This document shows positions 53,766 through 64,000 of a stretch of 64,000 nucleotides of DNA, piece by piece. How positions within the stretch are numbered: the stretch's first letter is position 1; each line of letters opens with the position of its first letter. A program made the position numbers and the translations under genes. The notes beneath the pieces were generated by a model that did no database searches, was not told the origin of the DNA, and was given only the letters and a program-made list of their open reading frames with translations. Origin of the DNA: Camelus ferus (taxonomy: Eukaryota); the NCBI RefSeq assembly GCF_009834535.1, contig NC_045697.1:110424001-110488000 (forward strand), written 5' to 3'.

Positions 53766-56700
53766 GTATATATATATATATATATTTTTTTTTTGCTGTT
53801 TTATTTATTTATTTATTTATTTTTCATTTTACATTTTTTATTGAGTAATAGTCATTTTACAATGTTGTGTCAAATTCTAGTGTAGAGCACAATTTTTCAG
53901 TTATACATGAACACATATATATTCATTGTCACTTTTTTTTTTCGCTATGAGCTACCACAAGATCTTGTATATATTTCCCTGTGCTATACAGTATAATCTG
54001 GTTTGTCTATTCTGCATTTTAAAATCCCAGTCTGTCCCTTCCTACCCCCCACCCCCTTAGCAACCACAAGTTTGTATTCTATGTCTATGAGTCTGTTTCT
54101 GTTTTGTATTTCTATTTTGGGTTTTTTTTTTTTTTTGGCTTTTTTTAGAATCCTCATATGAGCTATCTCATATGGTATTTTTCTTTCTCTTTCTGGCTTA
54201 CTTCACTTTGAATGACATTCTCCAGGGGCATCCATGTTGCTGCAAATGGCGTTATGTTGTCGATTTTTGTGGCTGAGTAGTATTCCATCATATAAGTATA
54301 CCACATCTTCTTTATTCAGTCATCTCTTGATGGACATTTAGGCTGTTTCCATGTCTTGGCTATTGTTAATAGTGCTGCTATGAACATTGGGGTGCAGGTG
54401 TCATTTTGAAGTAAGGTTCCTTCTGGATGTATGCTCAGGAGCAGGATTCCTGGGACATACAGTAAGTCTATTCCTAGTCTTTTGAGGAATCTCCATACTG
54501 TTTTCCACAGTGGCTTTCCTTGCTTCCCTCTCCCACTCTTAATGATTTAGATGTCTTCTTTTACAATTTTGTGTTTATTCTTTTTGTAATTCATGGCAGT
54601 TATCTTCTTTCCAGTTATGAGTTTCTCATTTTTGTAGCATCCTGCTTCTTCTCTATTTAGAGTAGACCTGTCAATATTTCTTTTAGCATGGGTTTAGTGT
54701 TGCTAAACTCTTTTTAGTTTTTGCTTGTCTATGAAGTTCTTTATCTCTCCTTCTATTCTAAAGGATAGCCTTGCTGGATAGAGTATCCTAGGCTGCATCT
54801 TTTTTTCATTCAGGACTTTGAATATATCTTGCCACTCCCTTCTGGCCTGTAGTGTTTGTGTAGAAAAATCAGCTGAGAGCCTTATGGGGGTTCCCTTGTA
54901 ACCCACTCTTTGTTTTTCTCTTGCTGCCTTTAGGATAATTTCTTTATCCTTGACTCTGGCCATCTTGATTATGATATGTCTTAGTGTGGGTCTGTTTGGG
55001 TTCTTCCTGTTTGGGACCCTCTGAGCCTCCTGTACTTGGATATCTGATTCGTTTAGGTTTGGGAAGTTTTCAGTCATGATTTCTTCAAATATCTTTTCAA
55101 TCCCCTTTGTTCTTTCTTCCCCTTCTGGAACCCCTATTGTGCGTAGATTGGCACACTTTATATTATCCCATAGGTCCCTTATATTGTTTTCGTTGTTTTT
55201 CATTTGTTTTTCTCTCAGCTGTTCTGATTGGGTGCTTTCTGTTGTCCTCTCTTCTAGGTCACTTATTCGTTCCTCTGCATTATCTAGCCTGCTTTGCACA
55301 GCCTTTAGGTCAGCTCTCATCTCAGCAAATGAGTTGACTAATTCTACTTGGTTCTTCTTTATAGCTTCTATTTCATTTTTGACATATTTTATATCTCTAA
55401 ACATTATTTCTTTTAGTTCCTTCAGTACTTTGATCACTCCTTTTTTGAAATCTTGATCTAGTAGGCCATCAATGCCCATTTCCTTGATCATGCTTTTAGG
55501 GGATTTCTCTTGATCTTTTAATTGGGAGTGGTTCCTCTGCTTCTTTATATTGCTCATATCTCTCTGGCACTGTGGCTTAAGGAGTATCAGTTATCTACTT
55601 CTGGAGACTGTGTGCTCTTAATGATTTTATCGAGAGGTCTTTGTGTCTTCACCTTGTTTTGCGTACTCAGCTTGCTATTTCCAGAGGCCCTCTGTTGGTG
55701 CCCTCGTCTATGCTGCCCCCAGTGGCTGTGGGCTAGCAGATCGCACCCTCTCCCAACACTGGGTTAGGTGCTGAGCTCTTACCTGGTGGGCGGGCAGGTC
55801 ACTCCCCCTCCCAATGCCGCAGTCAGATGCTGCGCTCCAGTGAGGCAGGTGGGCTGATCACGCCCCCTCCCAGCACTGTGGTCAGGTGCTGCGTTCCTGC
55901 CAGGAAGGCGGGGGGCCGCCTGCCCTCTCCTGGTGCAGGTCACTCCGCTGCTCTGTGCAGCTGCCCTCTCCGCCTCCGGTGGACGCTCCGTAGGCGGGCT
56001 TGGGGAAGACCATGAAATGGCCCTGCCCCTGCTCCATGCCAAATCTCAGCTCCTTGTTTGTCTTGGTGGCGCAGGTTCTCTGAGCAGAAAGATCCTATCG
56101 GCCTCGGGTTGTAAACAAATCTCAGTCCTGCCTAGGAGGTTGCGGAGCCCCCTGGGTGCAGATTCAGGTCTCCCCCCCCCCCCCCCCCGCCTGGGCGCTG
56201 CGCACAGGAGGAGATGGCAGCTGTGGCTGTGCCTCGCCTCTCTTCTCGCAAGAAGCTCCAGTAATGGCATTGCAGGTCTGAGGAGACAAAGGCTATGGCG
56301 CCCCTCCCCCCAGGGCACATCAGGCATGTTGCTTTGCTTTTTTCACAATTTATGGGGGACCGAGGTTGTTCTGCTCCGTATCCCCTCCCAGCCACGGTGC
56401 GCAGCACCCTGCAGTCCCCCGGGGCTGCCTCAGTGCAGCCACCCCAGTCCTCCGCCCGGCTCAGGCGACCTGTCCTGCCCCCAGCTACCAGCTTGCATCT
56501 CGGGCTGGGTGTCGTGGGGACCCTTTGTGCCCATTTAACTCAGTTCTGTTGGTCAAGGGGTGCTCGGGGCAGATCTGAGCCTTAGAGGCTCTCCCTCCGT
56601 CCCATTGGCCTCTCCTTTGGAGGGGGGAGACCCAGCAAAAGAGTGCCAGTCCTCCTTTGCTGCTCCCTCCCTGTGGGACCGGTCCTGTACTGTTTTGCTT

Positions 56701-56887
56701 TTTCTTCTTTCTTTTTTCCTTTTCTCCTACCAGATTTTTGGCGTCTTTGTCTTTTGAAGAGGGCGATGTTCTGTCGGAGTTCGGCAGGTGCTCTGGTTGG
56801 CTGAGTGGGCCCATAGGTGTGAGTTTTGGTGCATTTGTGGGATAGGGTGAGCTATAAGCGTCCTTCTACTCCCCATCTTGCTTCTCC
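53766..56887 (-). mobile_element. Half-L1 (HAL1-like): complete 5'UTR + ORF1 + last part of ORF2/3'UTR
   Basis: 12-bp TSD CTCTAATGTTCT at 53754-53765 and 56888-56899; 5' end GGAGAAGCAAGATGG; internal junction at 54515/54516. Confidence 0.92.
54657..55557 (-). pseudogene. L1 ORF1p with a +1 frameshift near its C-terminus
   Basis: 284-aa frame with coiled coil, NLRTIGVPE, ARREW and YPARLSF. The next frame continues EFSNTKPMLKEILTGLL* to TAA at 54659-54657. Confidence 0.9.
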
Positions 56888-57789
56888 CTCTAATGTTCTT
56901 TAAATAGGACAATACCTCATTATTATCACCGTATTTCTGTTTTTCCTTATTCATACATATTTCCTATATATATTTTAAAGAATATCTTCTTATTCTTGAA
57001 ACTCCTTTCTCCTTCTTTTCCTCTTCAGAAATTATTGAATCCTTTCCTTTTCTCCTTAGAATAACGTCCCTGGTTCTTTCTCCTTTTTAATCTCATAAAA
57101 TGTCATTCATTCATCTCTTTCCTGAAATCCCAAGAATAGCCAGACTATTTTTTCAATAAATGGACTGTAAAAGCCATTGTTCTATAGTAAAAATAATATA
57201 TCAAAACCAGAGTGGACCTAAACATCTATCGTCTAGTAAATTTGTAAGCTTAAAAGAACTCATGTGTACAAACTCCTTTTAAAGGTACCCATGTCCGCTG
57301 TCTTATGAACACCCACTGCACTGATGCCCCGTCTCCACCTGGCAGGCCATCTGCGTAATGGCCATAGTTTGTGTGTATGTGCCTCACCATCACCCACTGC
57401 AGTTATTTGAGCTGTCTGAGCTGAAGTGACCTAAAGGAATGGTTTGGTCAATCTTCCATTCCTGATAATAGGAGAGAAGAGTTTGTATTGGCCAAAAATT
57501 GAGACATTTATACCTGCTAATTTTTACTCAAAAAAAAAAGAATTTAGTCCCTACCATTCCCTAGAACATCAGTGGTGGGTGAGAATAGAGGAGTGGGCTG
57601 GATGGTCAAGGTTCTTGACCTCTAAAACTTAGAGTCTTTAGAAGTCAACATTCTAACATCCTTCATTTGATATTGTGTCAATCTTCCGTCCCTTCTTGGC
57701 AAGTTACAACTATACATCATATGCTTAGTTTTGAAAAGAAAATGAATGAAAGTAAATTTTCTTAGAATTTCTTAATACCCCTTGAGATA

Positions 57790-57930
57790 ATTATAGTTGA
57801 CAGATAAAATAAAGAATATCTTATAAAATATGAATTTCAGATAAACAATGAATAATTTTTAGTATAAATATGCCCCATGCAATATTTAGATATGCCCTAA
57901 ATTAGACATACCTAAATCTGGCCACCCTGA
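57790..57930. mobile_element. MER53-like hAT MITE
   Basis: cagataaaat...tgaatttcagataaacaatgaataatttttagtataaatatg...aaatctggccaccct. Confidence 0.65.
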
Positions 57931-58158
57931 ATTAGAGAAACAGGACATTGACAAAACGGGGAGAATGACATTCATCAGCAGGAAATTCACCCTGATGGCA
58001 ATGATTTGTCAATGGTATCCCCCAGACCCCTCTGTCCCTCCCATACCCACCTGACACACAGTATCCTCAGTGAATCAGAGTAAGATACTTCCAATTATCG
58101 TCATCTTGATTGACATTCAGTACATGTGCTTGTTAATGTGATGTTTTATGTACAACAG

Positions 58159-58283
58159 GTGTCATAGCCCAGCTCCCCCTCTACTACTCACACCTGAAAA
58201 AAATTTCCAACTTCTCAAGCCATAGAAGATTACTTCCAGCATATTCTGCATAAAGAACAGCCTGAAGGGAATTCAGTACTAAG
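58159..58283 (+). pseudogene. AtuA-like pseudoexon (C-terminal domain): (G)VIAQLPLYYSHLKK/FPTSQAIEDYFQHILHKEQPEGNSVL(R)
   Basis: Acceptor gtacaacag, donor AG|gtatgg. 125 nt where 124 is required; +1 frameshift at the A7 run 58197-58203. Matches GVIAR.P..Y..L...LT...V..YF.H. Confidence 0.85.
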
Positions 58284-60442
58284 GTATGGTTCAACTTCAG
58301 TGACTGAATTACCACATCTATATTTGAGACTTACAAATATTTGAGGGCGTCGGCTTTGAATTAGGAGATCAATAGTTCTATTTTGATTCTAGGGCTTTTA
58401 TCTTTTGCCCACATTATGGGAGAAAAAAAAAGCAGAAGGCATGATCTTTATCCTTCAGAATGAATGGGCCATCTTACTAAATTGGCACTCTTTGTACATC
58501 TGTTAGATTGGCAAGATTTGGGGCATCGAGAGGTCAATACAGAACCCTTTGAAACATGCTAAACTGGGTAGTCTAGGTACTAACCCGGGAGATGGGAGAG
58601 AGCTGTGTGACGTGGGCAGAGGGAAAAACTTGATGGAAATAGTATATTGGCCCTTTAAATGCTGCTTCCGTTTCAGAATTTTAATACAATTGAATCATAT
58701 GCCAGAGAATACTTAGTAATGAAATGTAAATTTCTTTTGGTTGCTCACTCTAAGTGAAATGTGAATAGTCTATCTTTTTTAAATTCAAAAGTTTTTAAAT
58801 ATATAAAAATATATTAAAATTATGAGATAGCATATACATTTTAAAACTCTGTATATTTATCGTTTGACTTGTTATGTTGTTTGCTTTAGTGATGATTAAC
58901 ATTTCCAATGAAAAATACACTATACAGTTTTTCTTTTAATTAGATGATGATTTCATTATTATTTAGCTTCTTTTCATTTTCTGATAGCTGACTTTTAGAA
59001 ATTCATGCATCTTAACAGTTTAATCTAAGACTAGAGGATTGGAATAAACAATCAGCAGATAATTTATTTACTGTCCAAAATCAACCATCAGAACGTTCAA
59101 AGCTAAAGGTGGTATAATAGATGCTACTACTTCTATATAAATAATCTTTTCTGTAGCCTTGATTTTGGAATGTGGTCCTACTTAACAACATTGCAAGTTT
59201 CCTTTCCTTTAGTTCGTTAGCATTCTATGCCTGACTAAAAGCAACAGTGAGGCTCTACATTATTTTTGGCACTGCTTAACCCCCAAATTAAGCCAGTTGG
59301 CACTCCCTCACACTCTAGGTGGGTTTTATGAAGTGCTCTGGCTTATGTTTGATGTTTGAAAATGTCAAATCAGTAGCTGTTAGCGCTGGAATGCGCTGCT
59401 GCAGTTTGATAAACAACCTTTAGAAGGCAGAGCATTGCAGTTTTTGCAAGAGTTTGGGGAAGACAGGCAGGGACCAAAACCAGACAGATCCCCATCAGTG
59501 TTTTGAGTGAGAGGAGAGTTTGAAATGGGCCCGGCTTGCAACTGAAGAGTCACTGGGGCAAGGCTCAGCAGAGGACTGTGGTGCAGTAGACCCAGTCAGA
59601 ACAGGGCGAAGCTGTTGGCAGGTTGAAACCTACCATCTTAGCCAAACAGGGAGGGCTGAGAACATGATCAGATGAGTTAGCAGCCTACCAAGAATTTCTT
59701 AAGGAACATAAAACAGCCAGATAAGCAGAGGCTGAGGTCTAGCCTCGAGCTATTACTATTACTTCCTGTAAGCTGTTTCAATGAGCTCTATTAAACTTAG
59801 ACCTTCTCTCTCTCTGGGCAGGCACAAGCCTTCTCTGTTCATATTTGTTGGACTCTGTTGGGACAGATCAGCAGCTATATTTTCACTCCCCAGCCCTGAG
59901 CCATGTTTGTGCAGAAAATCAGTGCTCTGCCCGGAGACCTGAGCAGGGCCTCTCTTCCAGGCTGAGTCCTCTGATTGCCTTTTTAGCCTCCTTTGTGGGG
60001 CTTTTACTCTGGCCTCTCCCCACCCCCACATCCTGGGCCAAGGGCCAGGCTTATAAAACCAGGCTTTGGATCAGGGCTTACACATACATTGCCTATAAAA
60101 ATGTCTCTGAATCAGCAATAATTAATCTCCTGTGCAACTGTATGTGGCTCTGAAATGCTGTGTGTGCTTAGCAATTGCTCTAACTGGAAACAGATCTATG
60201 GAGGTTGGTCAGGGATGGTATAAATATCCTCATTCAGTGGGAGAAAAACATCTAGGAACATTTCTGTTACTGTCTCTTTAATAAAGCTTTTAAAACTACT
60301 GAACTCTGATCTTGGGTTTCTAAGTGTTACTGGGGAAGCCTGTATCCAGTGTGATTTGATTGCATTGTAATGTCAGGCCATCTAATGTCAGGTAAGTGAC
60401 TTTCATCTCAGGGCATTCAGAAATTCATGGGAGTGTTTTTTT

Positions 60443-60656
60443 TAAGTTATTACTACAATTTTATTTTATTTTTTAACGCCTTTACTGTGGTTTGGTTCCT
60501 CTACGGTAAACTACACGTACTTCAGATGTACACTTTGATGAATTTTGATAGACGTATACGCCAATGAAACCACCACCACAATCAAGATAGCTCACATTTC
60601 CGTCACTCCCCAAGAGGTGCAATTTTTCAAATTCCCAATTTATCCCTTCCCACCCA
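60443..60656 (-). mobile_element. Short L1 3' end, same subfamily as 11087-11563
   Basis: 16-bp TSD ATGGGAGTGTTTTTTT at 60427 and 60657; colinear with 11093-11268. Confidence 0.85.
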
Positions 60657-61149
60657 ATGGGAGTGTTTTTTTTGGTTATCATAGTGACAGGGGAAACAAT
60701 ACTGGCACTGAGTGGACAGGAGCCAGTGATGCTAAACTTCCTGTAATACACAAGACAGTCCTGCAAAACCTGGAGGAACCTCACATAACATTCCCACGGC
60801 ACACCGACGGTTGACAATATTTGTAGTGCACTCTAGTTGACTCCCAGCTGCGTTCCCACTAGTTACTGTCCCAGACATTTTTGGTTCTCAGAACCACTCA
60901 GTTACTGCCATAATTTCACATTCTTGTTTTCTCAGACTCTTCATATCATTCAACAGAAACTTTGTCAAATTCCCTCCATGTGTGCCCACCCTGTTCTCCT
61001 TCCTACCTTCTCAGAGAAAGAAATCTTTCCAAGGGTAACAACAGCTCCACCCAAGGTGTTGGTCCCATCCATCCCAACTCAGTCTCTTGCATCTTCAGTG
61101 CGTTGCCAGTCCCTTCTTCCCTTGAGAAAAGTGCTTGGGGGTGGGGTGT

Positions 61150-61263
61150 GAGGGGCGTATAGCTCAGCGGTAGAACACCTGCTTAGCATGCACGAGGTCC
61201 TGGGTTCAATCCCCAGTACTTCTGTTAGCAATAAACTTTTAAAAATAAAATAAATAAAATAAA
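61150..61263 (+). mobile_element. Vic-1 type SINE
   Basis: GGGGCGTATAGCTCAGCGGTAGAACAC...GGTTCAATCCCCAGTAC + A-rich tail. Confidence 0.88.
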
Positions 61264-63004
61264 GCGAGCAAACTTTTTTTTTAATTGCTTGATTTTTCTA
61301 TCCCAAATACCAAATAAAAGTAAAAACAAAAACTCTTAAACCTGCTACTTAGCCCCTCAAATTAACATTGCATTTTATTTCTTCATCATCCACTGGCTCC
61401 TAAGACACTCATGATCTGGTTTCCAGTCCCCAGTTCTGTTCCCTTGAAGATTTCCTCCATGGTCTGTTGCCCAATCACTCACTCTTCAAATTCCTTGCAT
61501 TATTCTGCAAAACTGGATCCTTGATATGCCCCTGACAGAAGGTCATTCCTTCTCCCATTGCTTCAGTGGCCTCTTGAAGTTCCCAAGACTAGGGCCAACC
61601 AACACTATACGGGCATCTTCGTTGTCCTGCGCTTCACGTTAACATTTCCATCTCTGTGCCTGCATAGGATCCTGGCTGTTTCATCTTCCAGGCTCCTTTT
61701 CCTCATCCTTTTCCCATACCCTGGATACAGGATTGGCTGCACTCCACTCACTGTACTTAGCCTTCTTCTCAATTAAGTGAATGATCTGCAAACCTACACA
61801 CCTAACTAACCACAACCCTTCTCTTGAACTCCAGGCCAGACTGCCAGCTGCCTGACAGGTAACTCCATCCAATAGTTCACTATCACTCCTTAAATTCAAC
61901 AAAATAAAACCTACAACGTTTTAGTGTGTTTCTCTTATAGCACTTTAAGTTTGGGAATTATTTTTATGGGTGAATGTCTCTATGACCATCCTAGGGGCTC
62001 TGTGAAGACAACAATGGTTTCTTATTTAATTTCTGCTCTAGAATCTAGTGTTTTAGAAATGTTAATTGGATAGTAAAGAAATTGATGATTGAGTGAGGAC
62101 TTAAAGGTCCATTGGAAAATAGACTGTGTCCATCATATCTGTGGTCCAATACCGAGCACAGTGCTCAGCACATTGTAGGAACCATACAAATATTTTTTGA
62201 GTTAATCTGTCTCCTTGTCTTCCAACGCCAGCTTCTACTATTTTCTTTCCTACCAACGTCAGTGATACTACCACTTTCCTAGTTGCCCAAGTTGCAAAGC
62301 TCAGTCTTTTCCGATCTTTCTCTGGTCATCAAATCCAATAAGTCACCAAGTCTGATAAATCTCCCTCAAAGATTTTAAATATTCCATTTTATGTCATTTC
62401 CACTGTCACCGAGCTGGTGTGCGCATCCCCGTAGACCAGTATTTTCCAGTCTGCTATCAAGTACTCTATCAGAGGTTAACAGAGGTATGCTAAACAAACA
62501 CACACAAATCAAGAACTGGCTGAACAGGACCAAAGGAGCCTGGGAGGTAGATACTAGAGATCAGTTGAAGAACCTCCTTCCAATTAGCAGCCTCTCTGAA
62601 ACTTTAATTGGCTAAATATATATTTCAAATACCATTAAAAGGCAATATAATTTAATATATAGCATTTTTCAGAATTATTTTACCATGGAAGCATTTTTCT
62701 GATATTACATCAATTTATGTCTTCTGAAAGAGAGTTCCATGTAGAGCCTAAGTTTGGGAAATATAGACCCCAAACTACTATAATAGCATCCTAGTTGCTC
62801 TCCTTGACTTCAGCTCATCTTTTTTTTTTTTTTTTTTCAAATCCATCATTAAAAAGAATGCCTAAACTAGTTTTCTTGAAACCCAGCTCTGATAGATTAT
62901 TCTCTTGTTTACCACCCAGCCCCTAAAAAATAGGAGATTCTTAATGGCACCTAATGATTTACCTAATGAATGTTCCAAACATCTAATTCTTTAGCATGGT
63001 ACAA

Positions 63005-63940
63005 TGGACAGGATAAATTAGATAGTAATGCTGCATTAGCAAGCAATTCATAAATCTCAGTGGATAAAAATAATTTTTTTTTTTTTTTTTTGCTCATGTT
63101 ATGTGTTCATCACATGTCAGCAGGAAGACTGCTCATTTTTAGTGGCTCAGGAACTCAGGCTGATGGACTCATGCCAAAGGGAAGAGAGAGCTCTGGAGTG
63201 TCTTGAACTGGCAATGAAATACTTTGACCAGGAAATGACACAGGTCACTTCTACTTAAAACTTAGTGGCTAGAACTAGTCATATGATCCCATCTCAACAC
63301 AAGAGGGACAGGAAGTGCAATTGTTACCCCAAAAGGAGAAGGGAAAAGACCCCAGTTCTTGTCATACCCAAAAGATAAGAATTCAGATCGGAGACAAAGC
63401 GTTGTGTAGCAAAAGATTTTAAAGGCTTGATTAGCAAAGGGAAGCACCCCTCCAAGAATGGGAGGTGGGCTGATCCAAGGGGGTGTAGCAATGGTCTTTG
63501 TTTGCCCCCTTCTCTTGTACCCTCGCTTAGCAGTGGTCTCTTGATTGACAGCTCTTGCCCCTGGAGCGCTCAGTCATGTTCATCCCCTTTTGCAAATGTC
63601 TTTACCGGTGATGCACACAGAAAAACCCATGGGGGCCTAACCTGCAATGCTGATTATATTACAATGAGCACTGGGTCATGTCTGGTTAGGTCCTTGTCAC
63701 TACTGCACAGTTGTGGCTGTCAGGTTCCAACCGGATTCTTGCTGGCACTCGTTTACAGAAAGCAAAGCCCCTTTATGCTGGAGGCGGGCCTACTGCTATC
63801 TTCTGGACCCTCCTCCCCCTCCTCCACTTTATCTGCCCAGTGCCCCCGACTTATCTAACTACCTAACGCAATTATATGCCCCAAAAGAGGGCTTATGTTG
63901 AACCGAAATATTTGGCAAGTGACACTAACGACTACCACAC
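63005..63940. mobile_element. Old MaLR (MLT1-like) LTR split by a younger LTR
   Basis: aatctcagtgg, aggaactcaggctgatgg, and terminal gactaccaca; interrupted at CAAT. Confidence 0.6.
63322..63868 (-). mobile_element. Solo ERV LTR with 4-bp TSD CAAT
   Basis: TGTTACCCC...CTACCTAAC(G); CAAT at 63318-63321 and 63869-63872. Confidence 0.88.
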
Positions 63941-64000
63941 ATAGCATTCTTGCCCTCTATAAGCTTCTCTAGTCTATCTTGGTTTATTTATTTTATCATT

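Larger units (their letters stand above)
4966..58283 (+). pseudogene. Unprocessed (intron-containing) pseudogene of an AtuA/DUF1446 acyclic-terpene-utilisation family protein; 5' exons and final exons not found in window
   Basis: Eight short exons with splice-site flanks translate to colinear AtuA-family motifs. Intron phases join correctly at 8267/10196 (AG|A = Arg), 10307/13609 (phase 0), 13706/36344 (G|CA = Ala) and 44246/52336 (phase 0). Multiple disabling lesions. Family recognised from remembered conserved motifs, not a search. Confidence 0.9.

Noticed and set aside
55779..56845. CpG island with several GC-rich ORFs suggesting a host gene promoter
   Set aside because: It is the 5'UTR of the TSD-flanked half-L1.
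2974..63868. A single provirus bounded by the two similar LTRs
   Set aside because: They are 60 kb apart, have different TSDs, and no gag/pol/env or PBS lies between them.
96..63901. The many 60-200 aa ORFs in the ORF track
   Set aside because: Apart from L1 ORF1/ORF2 pieces, they lack recognisable motifs, overlap repeats or microsatellites, and are expected by chance.

Overview
Mammalian genomic DNA, AT-rich and repeat-dense. It is very probably camelid, judged from nine copies of a tRNA-derived SINE of the Vic-1 type. No intact host protein-coding gene is present. The main hidden feature, invisible in the ORF track, is a multi-exon + strand pseudogene spanning at least 4966-58283. Eight short splice-site-flanked exons (seven GT-AG as written, one with a damaged acceptor) splice in colinear order with mostly matching intron phases. 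They give the middle and C-terminal part of an AtuA / DUF1446 (acyclic terpene utilisation) family protein, with motifs GFPI..C, LLYEIGDP..LVPDVTCDF, YHDGFRATAVC, FSREIAPAGT.MAPGL..VVGGRP, SPVLKPF and GVIA..P.YY..LKK. The gene is disabled by a stop, frameshifts, tandem duplications, a damaged acceptor and apparently missing exon(s). Its introns hold a young 5'-truncated L1 with an open ORF2, a TSD-flanked 'half-L1' (5'UTR + ORF1 + 3' end, ORF2 almost entirely deleted), several solo ERV LTRs, and old L1/L2/MIR/MaLR/DNA-transposon relics. Two candidate regulatory elements stand out: a dense nuclear-receptor half-site cluster with a perfect DR5 (6757-6823), and an antisense GC-box + TATA promoter (about 260-430). 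Repeat family names and the AtuA assignment come from recognition by eye; no database search was run.
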